Shown one piece after another: positions 9,868 through 19,067 of a DNA stretch of 34,861 nt (position 1 is its first letter; each line of letters begins with the position of its first letter). The notes below the pieces were generated by a model that saw only the letters and a list, made by a program, of their open reading frames with translations, was not told the origin of the DNA and searched no databases. This DNA is from an uncultured Steroidobacteraceae bacterium (GTDB lineage: Bacteria > Pseudomonadota > Gammaproteobacteria > Steroidobacterales > Steroidobacteraceae). A program made the translations under genes and the position numbers. The stretch covers positions 1-34,861 of the forward strand of contig CAZQYC010000039.1 of the NCBI GenBank assembly GCA_964597495.1. Direction: 5' to 3'.

Positions 9868-10725
9868 TTGATGACGTCGATGTCAACACAATTGATGGTG
9901 ATAACGGTGAAAGTACTAAAAGCAAATAAATTGAATGTCTTTCTGTTGGCGCTCGTCGTGGCGGTAGTGGCCGGCTGTTCACCATCCGCCAAGCAACTCA
10001 AGGAGGCGTTGGAATCCAATCCAGACATTCTGACCAACGCGATCGAGAAGAACCAAGTGGTGATCATGGACGCGTTGCAGAAGGCGGCTCAGGACGCTCA
10101 ACGTGCGTCCCGCGATCGAATGCTTAAAGAACAGCAAGCTCTTCGCGAAGATGAATTCAAAAACCCAAAAATTCCCGCACTCGCTGATGATCGGGCGTCC
10201 CGCGGGCCGAAAGAAGCCCCCATTGTATTGGTTGAGTACGCCGACTTTCAGTGTCCGTACTGCCGGCAGGGATATGACACCGTTCGAGAAGTGGAAAAGA
10301 AATACGGCGGCAGCGTGAGGTTCGTTTACAAACATCTTCCGTTGGACTTCCATCCGTTAGCGATGCCGGCGGCAAAGCGTTTTGAAGCCATTGCGTTGCA
10401 GAGCGAAGACAAAGCCATGAAGTTTCATGACGAAGTCTTTTCGAACCAAGATGAGTTAGCGCAGAAAAAAGAAGAATTCTTGGACGACGTTGCGGGAAAA
10501 GTCGGTGCTGACGTTGCCAGAATGAGGAAAGACATGGAAAGCCCTGCGGTTCAGAAGCGCATTAAGGAAGACATGGAAGAGGCCAAGAAATTTGGCTTTC
10601 AGGGAACGCCAAGCTTCTTAGTGTCGGGGATTTCTTTCAGAGGGGTTCGTCCTTTTCAGGAATTTGAAGAAATCATCGAGCGTGTTCTGAAAGAACATGG
10701 AGAAAAACAGAGTAAGAGACAGTGA
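9868..10725 (+). CDS. DsbA-family thiol:disulfide oxidoreductase lipoprotein
   Basis: CPYC active site (ADFQCPYCRQG) and a lipobox VVAGC after a hydrophobic leader. The true start may be an internal Met near 9895. Confidence 0.7.
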   Translation: MMTSMSTQLMVITVKVLKANKLNVFLLALVVAVVAGCSPSAKQLKEALESNPDILTNAIEKNQVVIMDALQKAAQDAQRASRDRMLKEQQALREDEFKNPKIPALADDRASRGPKEAPIVLVEYADFQCPYCRQGYDTVREVEKKYGGSVRFVYKHLPLDFHPLAMPAAKRFEAIALQSEDKAMKFHDEVFSNQDELAQKKEEFLDDVAGKVGADVARMRKDMESPAVQKRIKEDMEEAKKFGFQGTPSFLVSGISFRGVRPFQEFEEIIERVLKEHGEKQSKRQ

Positions 10726-10759
10726 GCAGCATCCAAAAAATTTGGAGGAGATAGATTCC

Positions 10760-13700
10760 ATGAATAGACTAAAATTTAAAATGACGATCGGCCTCTGTTT
10801 AACTGTCTTGAGTGGCATGTGTAGTAACGTTCTGGCGCAAACGGTCGTAACGCTTTCCTCGATCGGGGACACGTACACGCAGCAAGGCACGCCGACTACC
10901 AACTATGGCACGCAGACGACGACGCTCGTTCGTATCGACACAGCCAACTCGTTGACGCGCGGCGCGTACTACGAATTCGACCTCTCGAGCTTGCCGGCGG
11001 GAACGATTGCTTCGGCGAAACTGAGACTGTTCGGCTCACACGATACCGGTGGCACCGGCGTGACCATTAACGCGTTTGGCGGCACGGCGACGACCGCGTG
11101 GAGCGAAACAGCGTTGGTGTACAACAATGCCTTGACGTTATCGGCAACAGATTTCTCGGGCACGCCGATTGCGTCGGTGGCTGTCGCGCCTCCGCCTTCC
11201 ACGACGTACGAGTGGGATGTCACTACCTATATCAGCGGGCGCCGGAGCGCGGGCGTCAACCTGGCCACCTTTGGTTTGGGAGCGGCAGCTGCGAACACTT
11301 ATCGCGCGACGTTCAATTCCAAGGAAGCCGCATCCAATAAGCCACAGCTGGTCGTGACGGTCAATGCGCCGGGAACCTACAATCTCTCCTCGATTGGGGA
11401 TACATACACGCAGCAAGGCACGCCAACTACAAATTATGGCACGCAGACGACGACGCTCGTCCGTATCGACACCGCCAATTCATTGACGCGCGGCGCATAC
11501 TACGAATTCGATTTGTCGAGCTTGCCAGTAGGGACGATTACTTCGGCAAAATTGAAGTTGTTCGGCTCTCATGACACCGGCGGCACCGGCGTGACCATCA
11601 ACGCATTTGGTGGTACTGCGACAACCGCATGGAGCGAAACGGCGCTGGTCTACAACAATGCCTTGACGTTGTCGGCAACAGATTTCTCGGGCACGCCGAT
11701 TGCGTCAGTAGCCGTCGCACCTCCGCCTTCTACGACATACGAATGGGACGTCACTTCCTACGTCAGTGCACGTCGTAGCGCGGGCTCCAACCTGGCTACC
11801 TTTGGTTTGGGAGCGGCAGCAGCGAATACCTATCGCGCGACGTTCAATTCCAAGGAAGCGACCTCCAACAAGCCGGTGCTCTCGGTGACGGTCGGCGGCG
11901 CACCGCCGCCGCCGCCGAGCTGGACACCGACTTGTCCCAGCGGCTACGTGCCAACGCCCGGTGAGAACATTAATTTCCCGACACCTTCCGGCAATCGGTC
12001 GTTCTCGTTGAACCTACCCAGCAGCACGTCCACGCCGCGACCGGTATGGGTGCCGCTCACGGGCTCGGTGGAATCGACGACTGAAAACTTGGATGCGCGC
12101 GGTGGCAATCGTCTGCTAACAAATTACGGTTACATCGTGATCGGACCGGTGCGGAAGTGCGCTGGCAGTGGTGCCGGCAGCGTGAGCGCGGCAGGCACCA
12201 GCGTGAACGGCGGTACCTGCAATCAAGCCGGCACCGGCGGTTGGACTTGGAATCCCTGGAACGAAGGTCGTACCTTTGATGCAGCGGGCGATCCATGGAA
12301 AACTGATGAAGGTCCGGATTCGCAGTTCCTGGAATCGGTGGTGAAATGCGTGGCCACACAGTATCCCGTAGATCAGACTCGGGTGTTCATTGGCGGCATT
12401 TCGTCCGGCGGCACGATGACGAATCGCGCGTTGGCGTTCAACTCGGATTTTTGGGCCGGCGGCATGCCGATCTCCGGTGAATGGTACGTGACGCAGGACA
12501 ATGGCACGGCCTATACTGGGTCAGATGAGTTCTTAGCGCGTCGTGCTGCTGTAGCCGCTGATCCATATCGGATTTACCAAGGTCGTGTAGGTCCGTATCC
12601 GCTCAAGAGTACGTTGGCCGATACGACGTCGCTGTCGCCAATGATCGTGATCACGGTGTGGGGAGGCACTGACGACATATGGTATTGCGGCACCACGTTG
12701 TGCGCCGACTACCGCCCTACCACTCAAGTGGCCTCAAACTACTTCAGCTCGTTTAGCAACGTGTTGCACATTGCGTGTTCGAGCACGCATGGGCATCAAT
12801 GGCCGACCGTCAATCGCGATGCGTTCAATCAGTGGGCGCTGGCTACCTTGTCGTCGCATCCGAAAGGCACGCCAAAGGCCAGCTTCGGCAATAAGCTCAT
12901 CACCAATCCGCCACCGTTAGGTTATAGCTGCGTGCTGGGACCGTTTGCCGATCACTATACGGGTGCACCGCCGCCCTCGGCGGGATCGATGAACTGGGGT
13001 ATGTTCGGTCACGACTATAACAACAGTCGTAGCTCGCCGGACACCACGATCAGCGCTAGCAACGCCAGTTCGCTGCATGTGCTTTCACGCGTTACCGGCG
13101 GCGGCATTACCAGCACGCCGACGATCGTGGACGACGTGGCGTACGTGTCTGACTTCCGCGGCCATGTGAAGGCGATTCGGATTACGGATAACGTGACTCT
13201 GTGGGACGTGATGCCGTCCACCTCGATCACTATGCTGTCACCGTCGCCGTACGTGACGGGTGACACGGTGTACGTCGGTGGTGATCTCGGTTGGGTGTTT
13301 GCGCTCAATCGCGCCACCGGTGCAGTAAGATGGTCGCGACAAATCGAGACCACGCCGAACGCGCGCGTGTCTTCGTCGCCGATCGTGGTGGGCAACATTC
13401 TGATCGTCGGTTCCGGTTCGTACCAAGTGTTCGTGCCGGCAACGCCGATGTTCCGCGGCAAAGTGGCGTTCTTAGATGCAAGTACCGGCGTGCCCTTGAG
13501 CTACATCACCGACGTGTGCCCCACGGGCACGTGCGGTGGCGGTATCTCGGTGTGGTCGACGGCGGCGATCGATTCGCAGACGCGCACGGGCTACATCGGC
13601 GCGGGTCAGGCTTACGCGGCGCCGGCAGGTCCGTATTCGGACGCGCTGATCGCATTCAACCTCGACACGGGTGCGATCCGCTGGAGCTATCAATTCACGC

Positions 13701-14332
13701 CGAACGATGTTTACACCATTAATACCGGCACGCTCGATCATGATGTCGGCGCGGCGCCTAACTTGTTCACTGCGGTGGTTGGCGGCGTGACGCGTCAGTT
13801 GGTCGGCGTCGGCGATAAGGGCGGACGCTATGCGGCGTTCGATCGTGCGACCGGCGCGCAAGTCTGGATGACCACCATCGGCAACGCGAGCCCGATCGGC
13901 GGCATGATGCACTCGGCGGCCTACGACAATGGAGGCATCTTCGTCGTCAACAACAGCGCCACCGTCGGCAGCAGTCGCAATGATCCGGTTCCGTCATCAG
14001 GCGTCGCTCGTCGCCTGAATGCGGCGACAGGGGCAATCGAATGGAGCCTCGACTTGCCGGCCGGCGGTTTCGGAGGCGTCAGCATCGCCAATGGTTTGAT
14101 GTACTTCACTACTTGGGATGGAGTTCTGCGGGTACTTAACGCCAGCACGGGTGCTGTCGTGAAAACTGTGCAGATAGGTCCTGCAGTGGGTGCCTACGTT
14201 CCTGCGCCTACCGACGGGTTCCCGAACGGATCGGCCAGCGGTCCGATTGTGTATAACGGCAAAGTCTACGTGGGCTATGGCTGGACGTGGGTGCTCAATA
14301 TCGACGGCGGGTTAGCCGCCATCGGACTCTGA
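10760..14332 (+). CDS. Large secreted multidomain protein: two tandem ~177-aa beta-rich repeat domains, a Pro-rich linker, a PHB-depolymerase-family esterase module, and a C-terminal PQQ-like beta-propeller
   Basis: RBS GGAGGAG precedes ATG 10760 and a signal peptide (MNRLKFKMTIGLCLTVLSGMCSNVLAQ). A PPPPP linker separates the N-terminal repeats from the rest. Esterase motif RVFIGGISSGGTM. Multiple PQQ-type repeats, for example VYVGGDLGWVFALNRATGAVRW. Confidence 0.65.
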   Translation: MNRLKFKMTIGLCLTVLSGMCSNVLAQTVVTLSSIGDTYTQQGTPTTNYGTQTTTLVRIDTANSLTRGAYYEFDLSSLPAGTIASAKLRLFGSHDTGGTGVTINAFGGTATTAWSETALVYNNALTLSATDFSGTPIASVAVAPPPSTTYEWDVTTYISGRRSAGVNLATFGLGAAAANTYRATFNSKEAASNKPQLVVTVNAPGTYNLSSIGDTYTQQGTPTTNYGTQTTTLVRIDTANSLTRGAYYEFDLSSLPVGTITSAKLKLFGSHDTGGTGVTINAFGGTATTAWSETALVYNNALTLSATDFSGTPIASVAVAPPPSTTYEWDVTSYVSARRSAGSNLATFGLGAAAANTYRATFNSKEATSNKPVLSVTVGGAPPPPPSWTPTCPSGYVPTPGENINFPTPSGNRSFSLNLPSSTSTPRPVWVPLTGSVESTTENLDARGGNRLLTNYGYIVIGPVRKCAGSGAGSVSAAGTSVNGGTCNQAGTGGWTWNPWNEGRTFDAAGDPWKTDEGPDSQFLESVVKCVATQYPVDQTRVFIGGISSGGTMTNRALAFNSDFWAGGMPISGEWYVTQDNGTAYTGSDEFLARRAAVAADPYRIYQGRVGPYPLKSTLADTTSLSPMIVITVWGGTDDIWYCGTTLCADYRPTTQVASNYFSSFSNVLHIACSSTHGHQWPTVNRDAFNQWALATLSSHPKGTPKASFGNKLITNPPPLGYSCVLGPFADHYTGAPPPSAGSMNWGMFGHDYNNSRSSPDTTISASNASSLHVLSRVTGGGITSTPTIVDDVAYVSDFRGHVKAIRITDNVTLWDVMPSTSITMLSPSPYVTGDTVYVGGDLGWVFALNRATGAVRWSRQIETTPNARVSSSPIVVGNILIVGSGSYQVFVPATPMFRGKVAFLDASTGVPLSYITDVCPTGTCGGGISVWSTAAIDSQTRTGYIGAGQAYAAPAGPYSDALIAFNLDTGAIRWSYQFTPNDVYTINTGTLDHDVGAAPNLFTAVVGGVTRQLVGVGDKGGRYAAFDRATGAQVWMTTIGNASPIGGMMHSAAYDNGGIFVVNNSATVGSSRNDPVPSSGVARRLNAATGAIEWSLDLPAGGFGGVSIANGLMYFTTWDGVLRVLNASTGAVVKTVQIGPAVGAYVPAPTDGFPNGSASGPIVYNGKVYVGYGWTWVLNIDGGLAAIGL
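10856..11917 (+). repeat. Intragenic tandem duplication, 2 x 531 bp at ~93% identity, encoding two copies of a 177-aa domain
   Basis: Unit 1 begins at 10856 and unit 2 at 11387 (TCCTCGAT(C/T)GGGGA(C/T)AC(G/A)TACACGCAGCAAGGCACGCC). Period 531 bp. Confidence 0.85.
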
Positions 14333-14612
14333 TGTTTAGGACTTAATTGTTCGTCGGAGGTATTCATAACAATCCCCACGACTGAAACATTTGGTCGTGG
14401 GGATTCGATCTGGCTATCTACCATTGCAAGTCGTGAGGGATGATTGCCATGGTGTTCAGTGCCTAATATGTGATTAATATTTGTTCTAGACTGCGGTAGT
14501 GTGTCCAACAGATCATTAAATCAATAAGTTATCTTGCATCGTCAGAATGCGAGTTCGTTGGGTGTGACGTATTTGTGTCGTTGAAGCGGGCGGAGCCAAT
14601 TCGTCGCCCACG

Positions 14613-14759
14613 TTATCCAACCGCATGCAATCGCGAGGTCTCCGGAACACCAAGGAGCAGGAACTCCATTTGATCCGCGAGGACGAACGCTTCGTACCGG
14701 TTTGACGCGTACGGTAGGTAGTGCAGTTTTATGTCTGCATCCTTCGACGTACGATCGGC
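14613..14759 (-). pseudogene. Decayed 3' fragment of an HNH endonuclease gene, the last ~48 codons, paralogous to the intact gene at 31055-31627, plus its terminator hairpin remnant at 14585-14611
   Basis: The reverse-strand translation reads ADRTSKDADIKLHYLPYASNRYEAFVLADQMEFLLLGVPETSRLHAVG*. The intact gene ends ADRTPEAAGMKLHYVPYVPNRYEVFILANRKILADQMEFLLLGVPKTSRLHANG*. An in-frame stop lies upstream of the fragment. The downstream GGGCGGAG...CGCCC hairpin is also shared. Confidence 0.6.
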
Positions 14760-15091
14760 CTAGTTGAATTGCTGATTTCGAATTGCTTCAATGGCAATAT
14801 TATTTGTAATATTTAGTAAACGAGAATAATGCACTGAGCAGTGCAGTCTGACCTCGATCGAGGGCACGGGCGGAACGTACACGCAGTCGTTCAGGTACGC
14901 CAATGCAAACGTGAACATGGAAGGCCGCGGTAACTTGGGAGTCTGGGGGGCTCAGGTACCGGTGAGAACATTCCAACATTCGGCCCGATGAGAAGCGGTC
15001 GCGCATTCGTATGAATGTTCAACTGCTCTCATCGCCACCGGGAAATCTCCTCTTAATCTACTCAAGGCCTTTGGGTTCTAGGAGAAAAGCC

Positions 15092-15505
15092 ATGCAAACA
15101 AGATTCTCGAAAATCGGCGCCGACGGTGCAGTGCTTCCATCCGACGCTACCGAATGGGAAGCCGTACTCGACAGCAAAACCGGTCTCATGTGGTCGGTCG
15201 AGATAAAGAAGGTCGCCAACTGGAAAAAGGCCACCGCGACTGTGAAGAAGATTAAGGCCGCGGGCTTCGGCGATTGGCGCATGCCATCCGTCGAGGAGCT
15301 CTTCTTGCTCGCCGATCACACTCGCGTGGACCCAGCGATCGATATGGATTACTTCCCTAACACGCCAAGCGATTGGTTTTGGTCGAGCACGCCTTGGGCT
15401 CGTTCGCCTGACGATTGTGCGTGGCTTGTCTACTTCCTCGTCGGTTACGCGGGCTGGAACTACCAGTACTTCAGCGGTTTCGTTCGTGCCGTGCGTGTCG
15501 GTTAG
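15092..15505 (+). CDS. DUF1566 (Lcl C-terminal domain) protein
   Basis: GFGDWRMPSVEELFLL matches the DUF1566 hallmark. The RBS fits the internal ATG at 15092 (ORF track 15011). Confidence 0.55.
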   Translation: MQTRFSKIGADGAVLPSDATEWEAVLDSKTGLMWSVEIKKVANWKKATATVKKIKAAGFGDWRMPSVEELFLLADHTRVDPAIDMDYFPNTPSDWFWSSTPWARSPDDCAWLVYFLVGYAGWNYQYFSGFVRAVRVG

Positions 15506-15652
15506 TAATTTGAACTTGGTGATCTAGAAATGGATACCGGCGAATATCTAGCTATTTGATTGTTTGTTTTTATAATAAGTATTTGTTTTTATTGTTATAA
15601 AACTAGGCTACTATCTAGTCATTTAACTAGCCTTTCGTGATATGCTGGTCCT

Positions 15653-17041
15653 ATGCCCCAGCATCCAAGCGAATCCTTACTTCGACACTTGCAGGCGGGC
15701 GTTGCTTCATCCGTTGAGCTTGAAACCGTGCTTGGGCAGTCCCAATCCACTGTATCGCGCTACTTACGTCAGCTAACGGCAGCGGGTTTGATCATTCGCC
15801 TCGGCAACACTCGGGGTGCGCGCTATGGGTTGCTCAGACCGATCGAAGGCATCGGTGCAAAGTGGCCGCTTCGCCGCATCGATTCTGCTGGCCAACTTCA
15901 TCTACTAGGCACGCTCTGTTCGTTGTATGCCGAACAATTTTATTTCGAGCCAGAGTCTGATGGGTTTGCGTACGATGGAGTTACCCACGGATTACCGTAC
16001 TATCTCCAGGATCAGCGGCCAGCCGGATTTCTTGGGCGCGCCGTTCCGCGTCAGTATCCAGAACTTCAATTGCCGCAACGCGTAGTCGATTGGAACGAAG
16101 ATCACTACCTACGCTATCTCACCCAGCGTGGCTCGGACACGGTCGGCGACCTCATCCTAGGCGATCAGGCGTTCGATCAGTTCCTGATCATGCAAAGGCA
16201 GCGAACGATCGCGAGCGTCAAGGATCGCGAGATCCGATACCCGCAGTTTGTGGCTGAAGTCATGGAGGGTGGTTTGCCGGGATCTTCCGCGCATGGTGAG
16301 CATCCGAAATTCACGGCGTTAATTGAGAGTCCATCGGGGCCAATGCATGTGCTCGTGAAGTTCTCACCGCCTGACCGTACCGCGGTCGGACAGCGATGGT
16401 CAGATCTGCTGATCGCCGAACACATTGCACATGAAGTGCTCGCGGCGGCGGGTCTGCCCGCGACACGCTCGCGCATCGAACGCTATGGTGACCGCACCTA
16501 TCTCGAAGTGGAGCGTTTCGATCGCGCGGGACTCGAAGGGCGAGTAGGGGTCACGTCACTGTTCGCGATTGATGCCGAACAATACGGCAAGCTCGACAAT
16601 TGGGTCGACTCTGCGACGCGGCTTCGTGACGACCGCCGAATTGATCCGACGACCTGCGAGCTTGTTCGCCTGATATCGACCTTCGGCGCACTGATTGCAA
16701 ACACGGACCGGCACTTCGGCAACCTAGCGTTTTACGATGCCTATGATGGTCGTTACTCGTTAGCACCGGTATACGACATGCTGCCCATGCTTTTTGCGCC
16801 AGAACACGATCAGGTGATTGCACGCGTCTTTCAACCACCCGATCCAACCTCACAGACACTGCGAGCATACGGGCGCGCGCGCGCGCTTGCAGAGGAATAC
16901 TGGCGCCGATGCGCCCATGATTCTCGAATCAGCGAGGAGTTTCAAGCTATCTGTGAGAAGTGTGGCGAGACACTCGAGAAGTTGCCTCGCACGGGTGCCT
17001 ATGCCTATCACGAAACTGAGCCGTTTCCGAAGACACAGTAG
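15653..17041 (+). CDS. HipA-family Ser/Thr kinase toxin homologue with a fused N-terminal winged-HTH (YjjJ/HipH-like architecture)
   Basis: The N-terminus LETVLGQSQSTVSRYLRQLTAAGLIIRLGNTRGARYGL is a winged HTH. The C-terminus carries the HipA catalytic signature IANTDRHFGNLAF. An AT-rich upstream region has repeated CTAG and TTTGTTTTTAT motifs (15520-15640). Confidence 0.7.
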   Translation: MPQHPSESLLRHLQAGVASSVELETVLGQSQSTVSRYLRQLTAAGLIIRLGNTRGARYGLLRPIEGIGAKWPLRRIDSAGQLHLLGTLCSLYAEQFYFEPESDGFAYDGVTHGLPYYLQDQRPAGFLGRAVPRQYPELQLPQRVVDWNEDHYLRYLTQRGSDTVGDLILGDQAFDQFLIMQRQRTIASVKDREIRYPQFVAEVMEGGLPGSSAHGEHPKFTALIESPSGPMHVLVKFSPPDRTAVGQRWSDLLIAEHIAHEVLAAAGLPATRSRIERYGDRTYLEVERFDRAGLEGRVGVTSLFAIDAEQYGKLDNWVDSATRLRDDRRIDPTTCELVRLISTFGALIANTDRHFGNLAFYDAYDGRYSLAPVYDMLPMLFAPEHDQVIARVFQPPDPTSQTLRAYGRARALAEEYWRRCAHDSRISEEFQAICEKCGETLEKLPRTGAYAYHETEPFPKTQ

Positions 17042-17253
17042 TGCGAATAACATGCGACGTTTCAAGTCGTCCGACGTGCTATCAGATCAGTTCGTCATCC
17101 GGCGTGGAAAATACGCCTTCGCTAGTGTGATGTATTTGTGCCATATCAGCGGCAGGCGGAGAGATTTCCGCCTGCCTTTCATGTTGCCATACACGAGTTA
17201 TATAGCGGCGCCGTTTGTTCGAAGAGTGAATTCCAAAAGGCGAACTCGTCGCA

Positions 17254-17568
17254 GTGGACTGGTCGAACGAGAGCGGAAGTGCTACTGGCATGTCCTTTAT
17301 GAAGGACATGCCGTTCAAAACTCCTGAACAGCTAGGCTCGGCCCTTCGCATTCGACGAATGGAACGCGCGATGTCGCAGGTCGAGTTGGCCGAAAGATTG
17401 GGAGTGGAGCGCAAATGGATTATGAAGGTCGAAGCCGGGAATCCGAAGGCCGAGTTCGGCTTTATTTTGAAGACCTTTGCGGAGCTCCGCCTGGAAGGCA
17501 AAATTACTATTCGGGATGCGAGCAGATCGGTAAGCGTCTGGTCATCACTGCGGCGGGTTCGACCGTGA
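17254..17568 (+). CDS. XRE/y4mF-family HTH regulator (HipB-like partner). The 3' end reads into an IS66-family remnant.
   Basis: RIRRMERAMSQVELAERLGVERKWIMKVEAGNPKAEFGFILKTFAELRL matches the y4mF-type HTH that pairs with HipA-like kinases. The likely start is an internal Met (MKDMPF, ~17302). The native C-terminus is probably near ELRLEGK. The downstream sequence overlaps the tnpA-like frame. Confidence 0.55.
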   Translation: MDWSNESGSATGMSFMKDMPFKTPEQLGSALRIRRMERAMSQVELAERLGVERKWIMKVEAGNPKAEFGFILKTFAELRLEGKITIRDASRSVSVWSSLRRVRP

Positions 17569-17678
17569 GAGCGGTTGCCGCGCGGCATGGATTGCGCCCC
17601 AATCACTTGTCGGCGTGGCGCAGTGATCCGAAGAATCGAGCATCGCCCTCGGGGGGTGGGACGCTTTGCGGCGATTGA
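17529..17678 (+). pseudogene. IS66-family accessory gene (tnpA-like) fragment
   Basis: GKRLVITAAGSTVRAVAARHGLRPNHLSAWRSD resembles the conserved IS66 TnpA core (EEKxRIVAE...VARRHGL..QLFxWRR). There is no start codon or inverted repeat. The fragment is interrupted by the IS3-family insertion at 17705. Confidence 0.4.
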
Positions 17679-17758
17679 AGTGCTGAGCGGATCGATGGAA
17701 GAAGTGGCCCCACCAATTTGAACAACGGAATGCAGTTCGTTAAGTGTGGCCCCGCGGG

Positions 17759-18586
17759 TTAAGCGGCTCTGGCGAGCAGCTGTGAATCAAAGTACACGGC
17801 ATCGGGTGTGCATCGGTCAAGTGCTTTGTGGGGACGACGCGTGTTGTAGAAGGTGAAGTAGCGAGCCAGATGCACGCGGGCGTCGCTGACGGTGTTGTAG
17901 GCACGTAGATACACCTCCTCATACTTCACCGACTTCCACAAGCGCTCGACGAACACGTTGTCGCGCCAACGACCCTTGCCGTCCATGCTAATGCGAATGC
18001 CGTGAGCCTTGAGGACCGAAGTGAACTCAAGGCTCGTGAACTGGCAACCCTGGTCGGTGTTAAAGATTTCGGGTGTGCTGTACGTCGCTAGCGCCTCGTC
18101 CAACGCTTCGACACAAAAATCGGTGGTGAGCGTATTGGAGAGCCGCCAGGCGAGTACCTTTCGCGTGAACCAGTCGATCACGGCGACCAAGTACACAAAG
18201 CCGCGCGCCATCGGGATATAGGTGATATCGGCGGCCCAGACTTGGTTGGGTCGATCGATCTGAAGCTTCCGCAGCAGGTACGGATAAACGACATGATCGG
18301 GGTGCGGTCGGCTGGTGTTCTTCTTGCGATAAATCGCCTCGATGCCCATCCGTTTCATCAGTGTGGCCACGTGCTTACGGCCCACTGCATGACCCTCCGT
18401 ATTCAGTAAATCGCGCAGCATGCGGCTGCCGGCAAAGGGATAGTCCAAATGCAACTCGTCAATCCGGCGCATCAATTCCAAATCACGTTCCGGCAACGGC
18501 TTGGGTTCGTAGTAAATCGCACCGCGCGATAAACCCACCAATACCGCCTGCCGCACCAACGGCAGACGATGTCCACGATCAATCAT
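17759..18586 (-). CDS. IS3-family transposase OrfB (DDE integrase core), expressed as an OrfAB fusion by -1 frameshifting
   Basis: An rve-type catalytic core (ADITYIP...TDQGCQFTS...). Its frame stays open upstream through the slippery site. Confidence 0.8.
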   Translation of the reverse strand: MIDRGHRLPLVRQAVLVGLSRGAIYYEPKPLPERDLELMRRIDELHLDYPFAGSRMLRDLLNTEGHAVGRKHVATLMKRMGIEAIYRKKNTSRPHPDHVVYPYLLRKLQIDRPNQVWAADITYIPMARGFVYLVAVIDWFTRKVLAWRLSNTLTTDFCVEALDEALATYSTPEIFNTDQGCQFTSLEFTSVLKAHGIRISMDGKGRWRDNVFVERLWKSVKYEEVYLRAYNTVSDARVHLARYFTFYNTRRPHKALDRCTPDAVYFDSQLLARAA

Positions 18587-18885
18587 CGCTTTGCGCTCGG
18601 ATCGCCGATGCGACCGAGCGCGCCTGATAAAAAATCAATCTCCAATGCCTGCTGGCCGATCTTCGCATGAAGTTCTTTGATGTCCGGCTGTAAGGCTTTC
18701 GCACCTTCACCGCCAAACGCTTCCGCTGCTCCTTCCAGCAGTTGCGTCTTCCACTGCGTCACTTGCGTTGGATGGACATCAAAGCGTTCGGCAATCTCAA
18801 TCACTGTCTGTTGCCCTTTGATCGCTTCCAGGGCCACTTTGGCTTTGAACGTCGCTGAATGGTTACGTCTCGATCTCTTACTCAT
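18583..18885 (-). CDS. IS3-family transposase OrfA (HTH)
   Basis: MSKRSRRNHSATFKAKVALEAIKGQQTVIEIAERFDVHPTQVTQWK is typical of IS3 OrfA. Confidence 0.8.
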   Translation of the reverse strand: MSKRSRRNHSATFKAKVALEAIKGQQTVIEIAERFDVHPTQVTQWKTQLLEGAAEAFGGEGAKALQPDIKELHAKIGQQALEIDFLSGALGRIGDPSAKR

Positions 18886-19067
18886 TGCTGCTCCGAATAG
18901 AAGGCGATATCTTCGCCCACAAGAGCAGAGCCGTCACTTATCGTACTGTTCGATAGGTTGGGACCACCTCAGGACGGCGTGATCGAGACCGATCTGTTGA
19001 ATTCGTGCATTCGGATTCGCGGCGAAGTGTCGGGTTCGATGGTACGTGAGGTGGGGGGACTGATGCG

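Larger units (their letters stand above)
17705..18966 (-). mobile_element. Complete IS3-family insertion sequence (~1262 bp) with imperfect terminal inverted repeats and orfA/orfB joined by a -1 frameshift
   Basis: IRL TGGCCCCACCAATTTGAACAACGG at 17705. The reverse complement of the right end is TGGTCCCAACCTATCGAACAG (ending at 18966), about 20/26 identical. orfA has an HTH. orfB has an rve/DDE integrase core. The slippery heptamer T_TTT_TTA lies on the minus strand at 18627-18633, in the orfA/orfB overlap. Confidence 0.75.

Noticed and set aside
17530-17536. GTAAGCG, the typical start of IS66-family terminal inverted repeats
   Set aside because: It lies in-frame inside the tnpA-like coding sequence (GKRLVI), not at an element end. 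The IS66 remnant therefore appears 5'-truncated with no inverted repeat.
17082-17606. 174-aa minus-strand ORF antisense to the y4mF-type HTH gene
   Set aside because: It lies antisense to a gene with a clear HTH signature and has an Arg/Ser-rich low-complexity composition. It is likely spurious.
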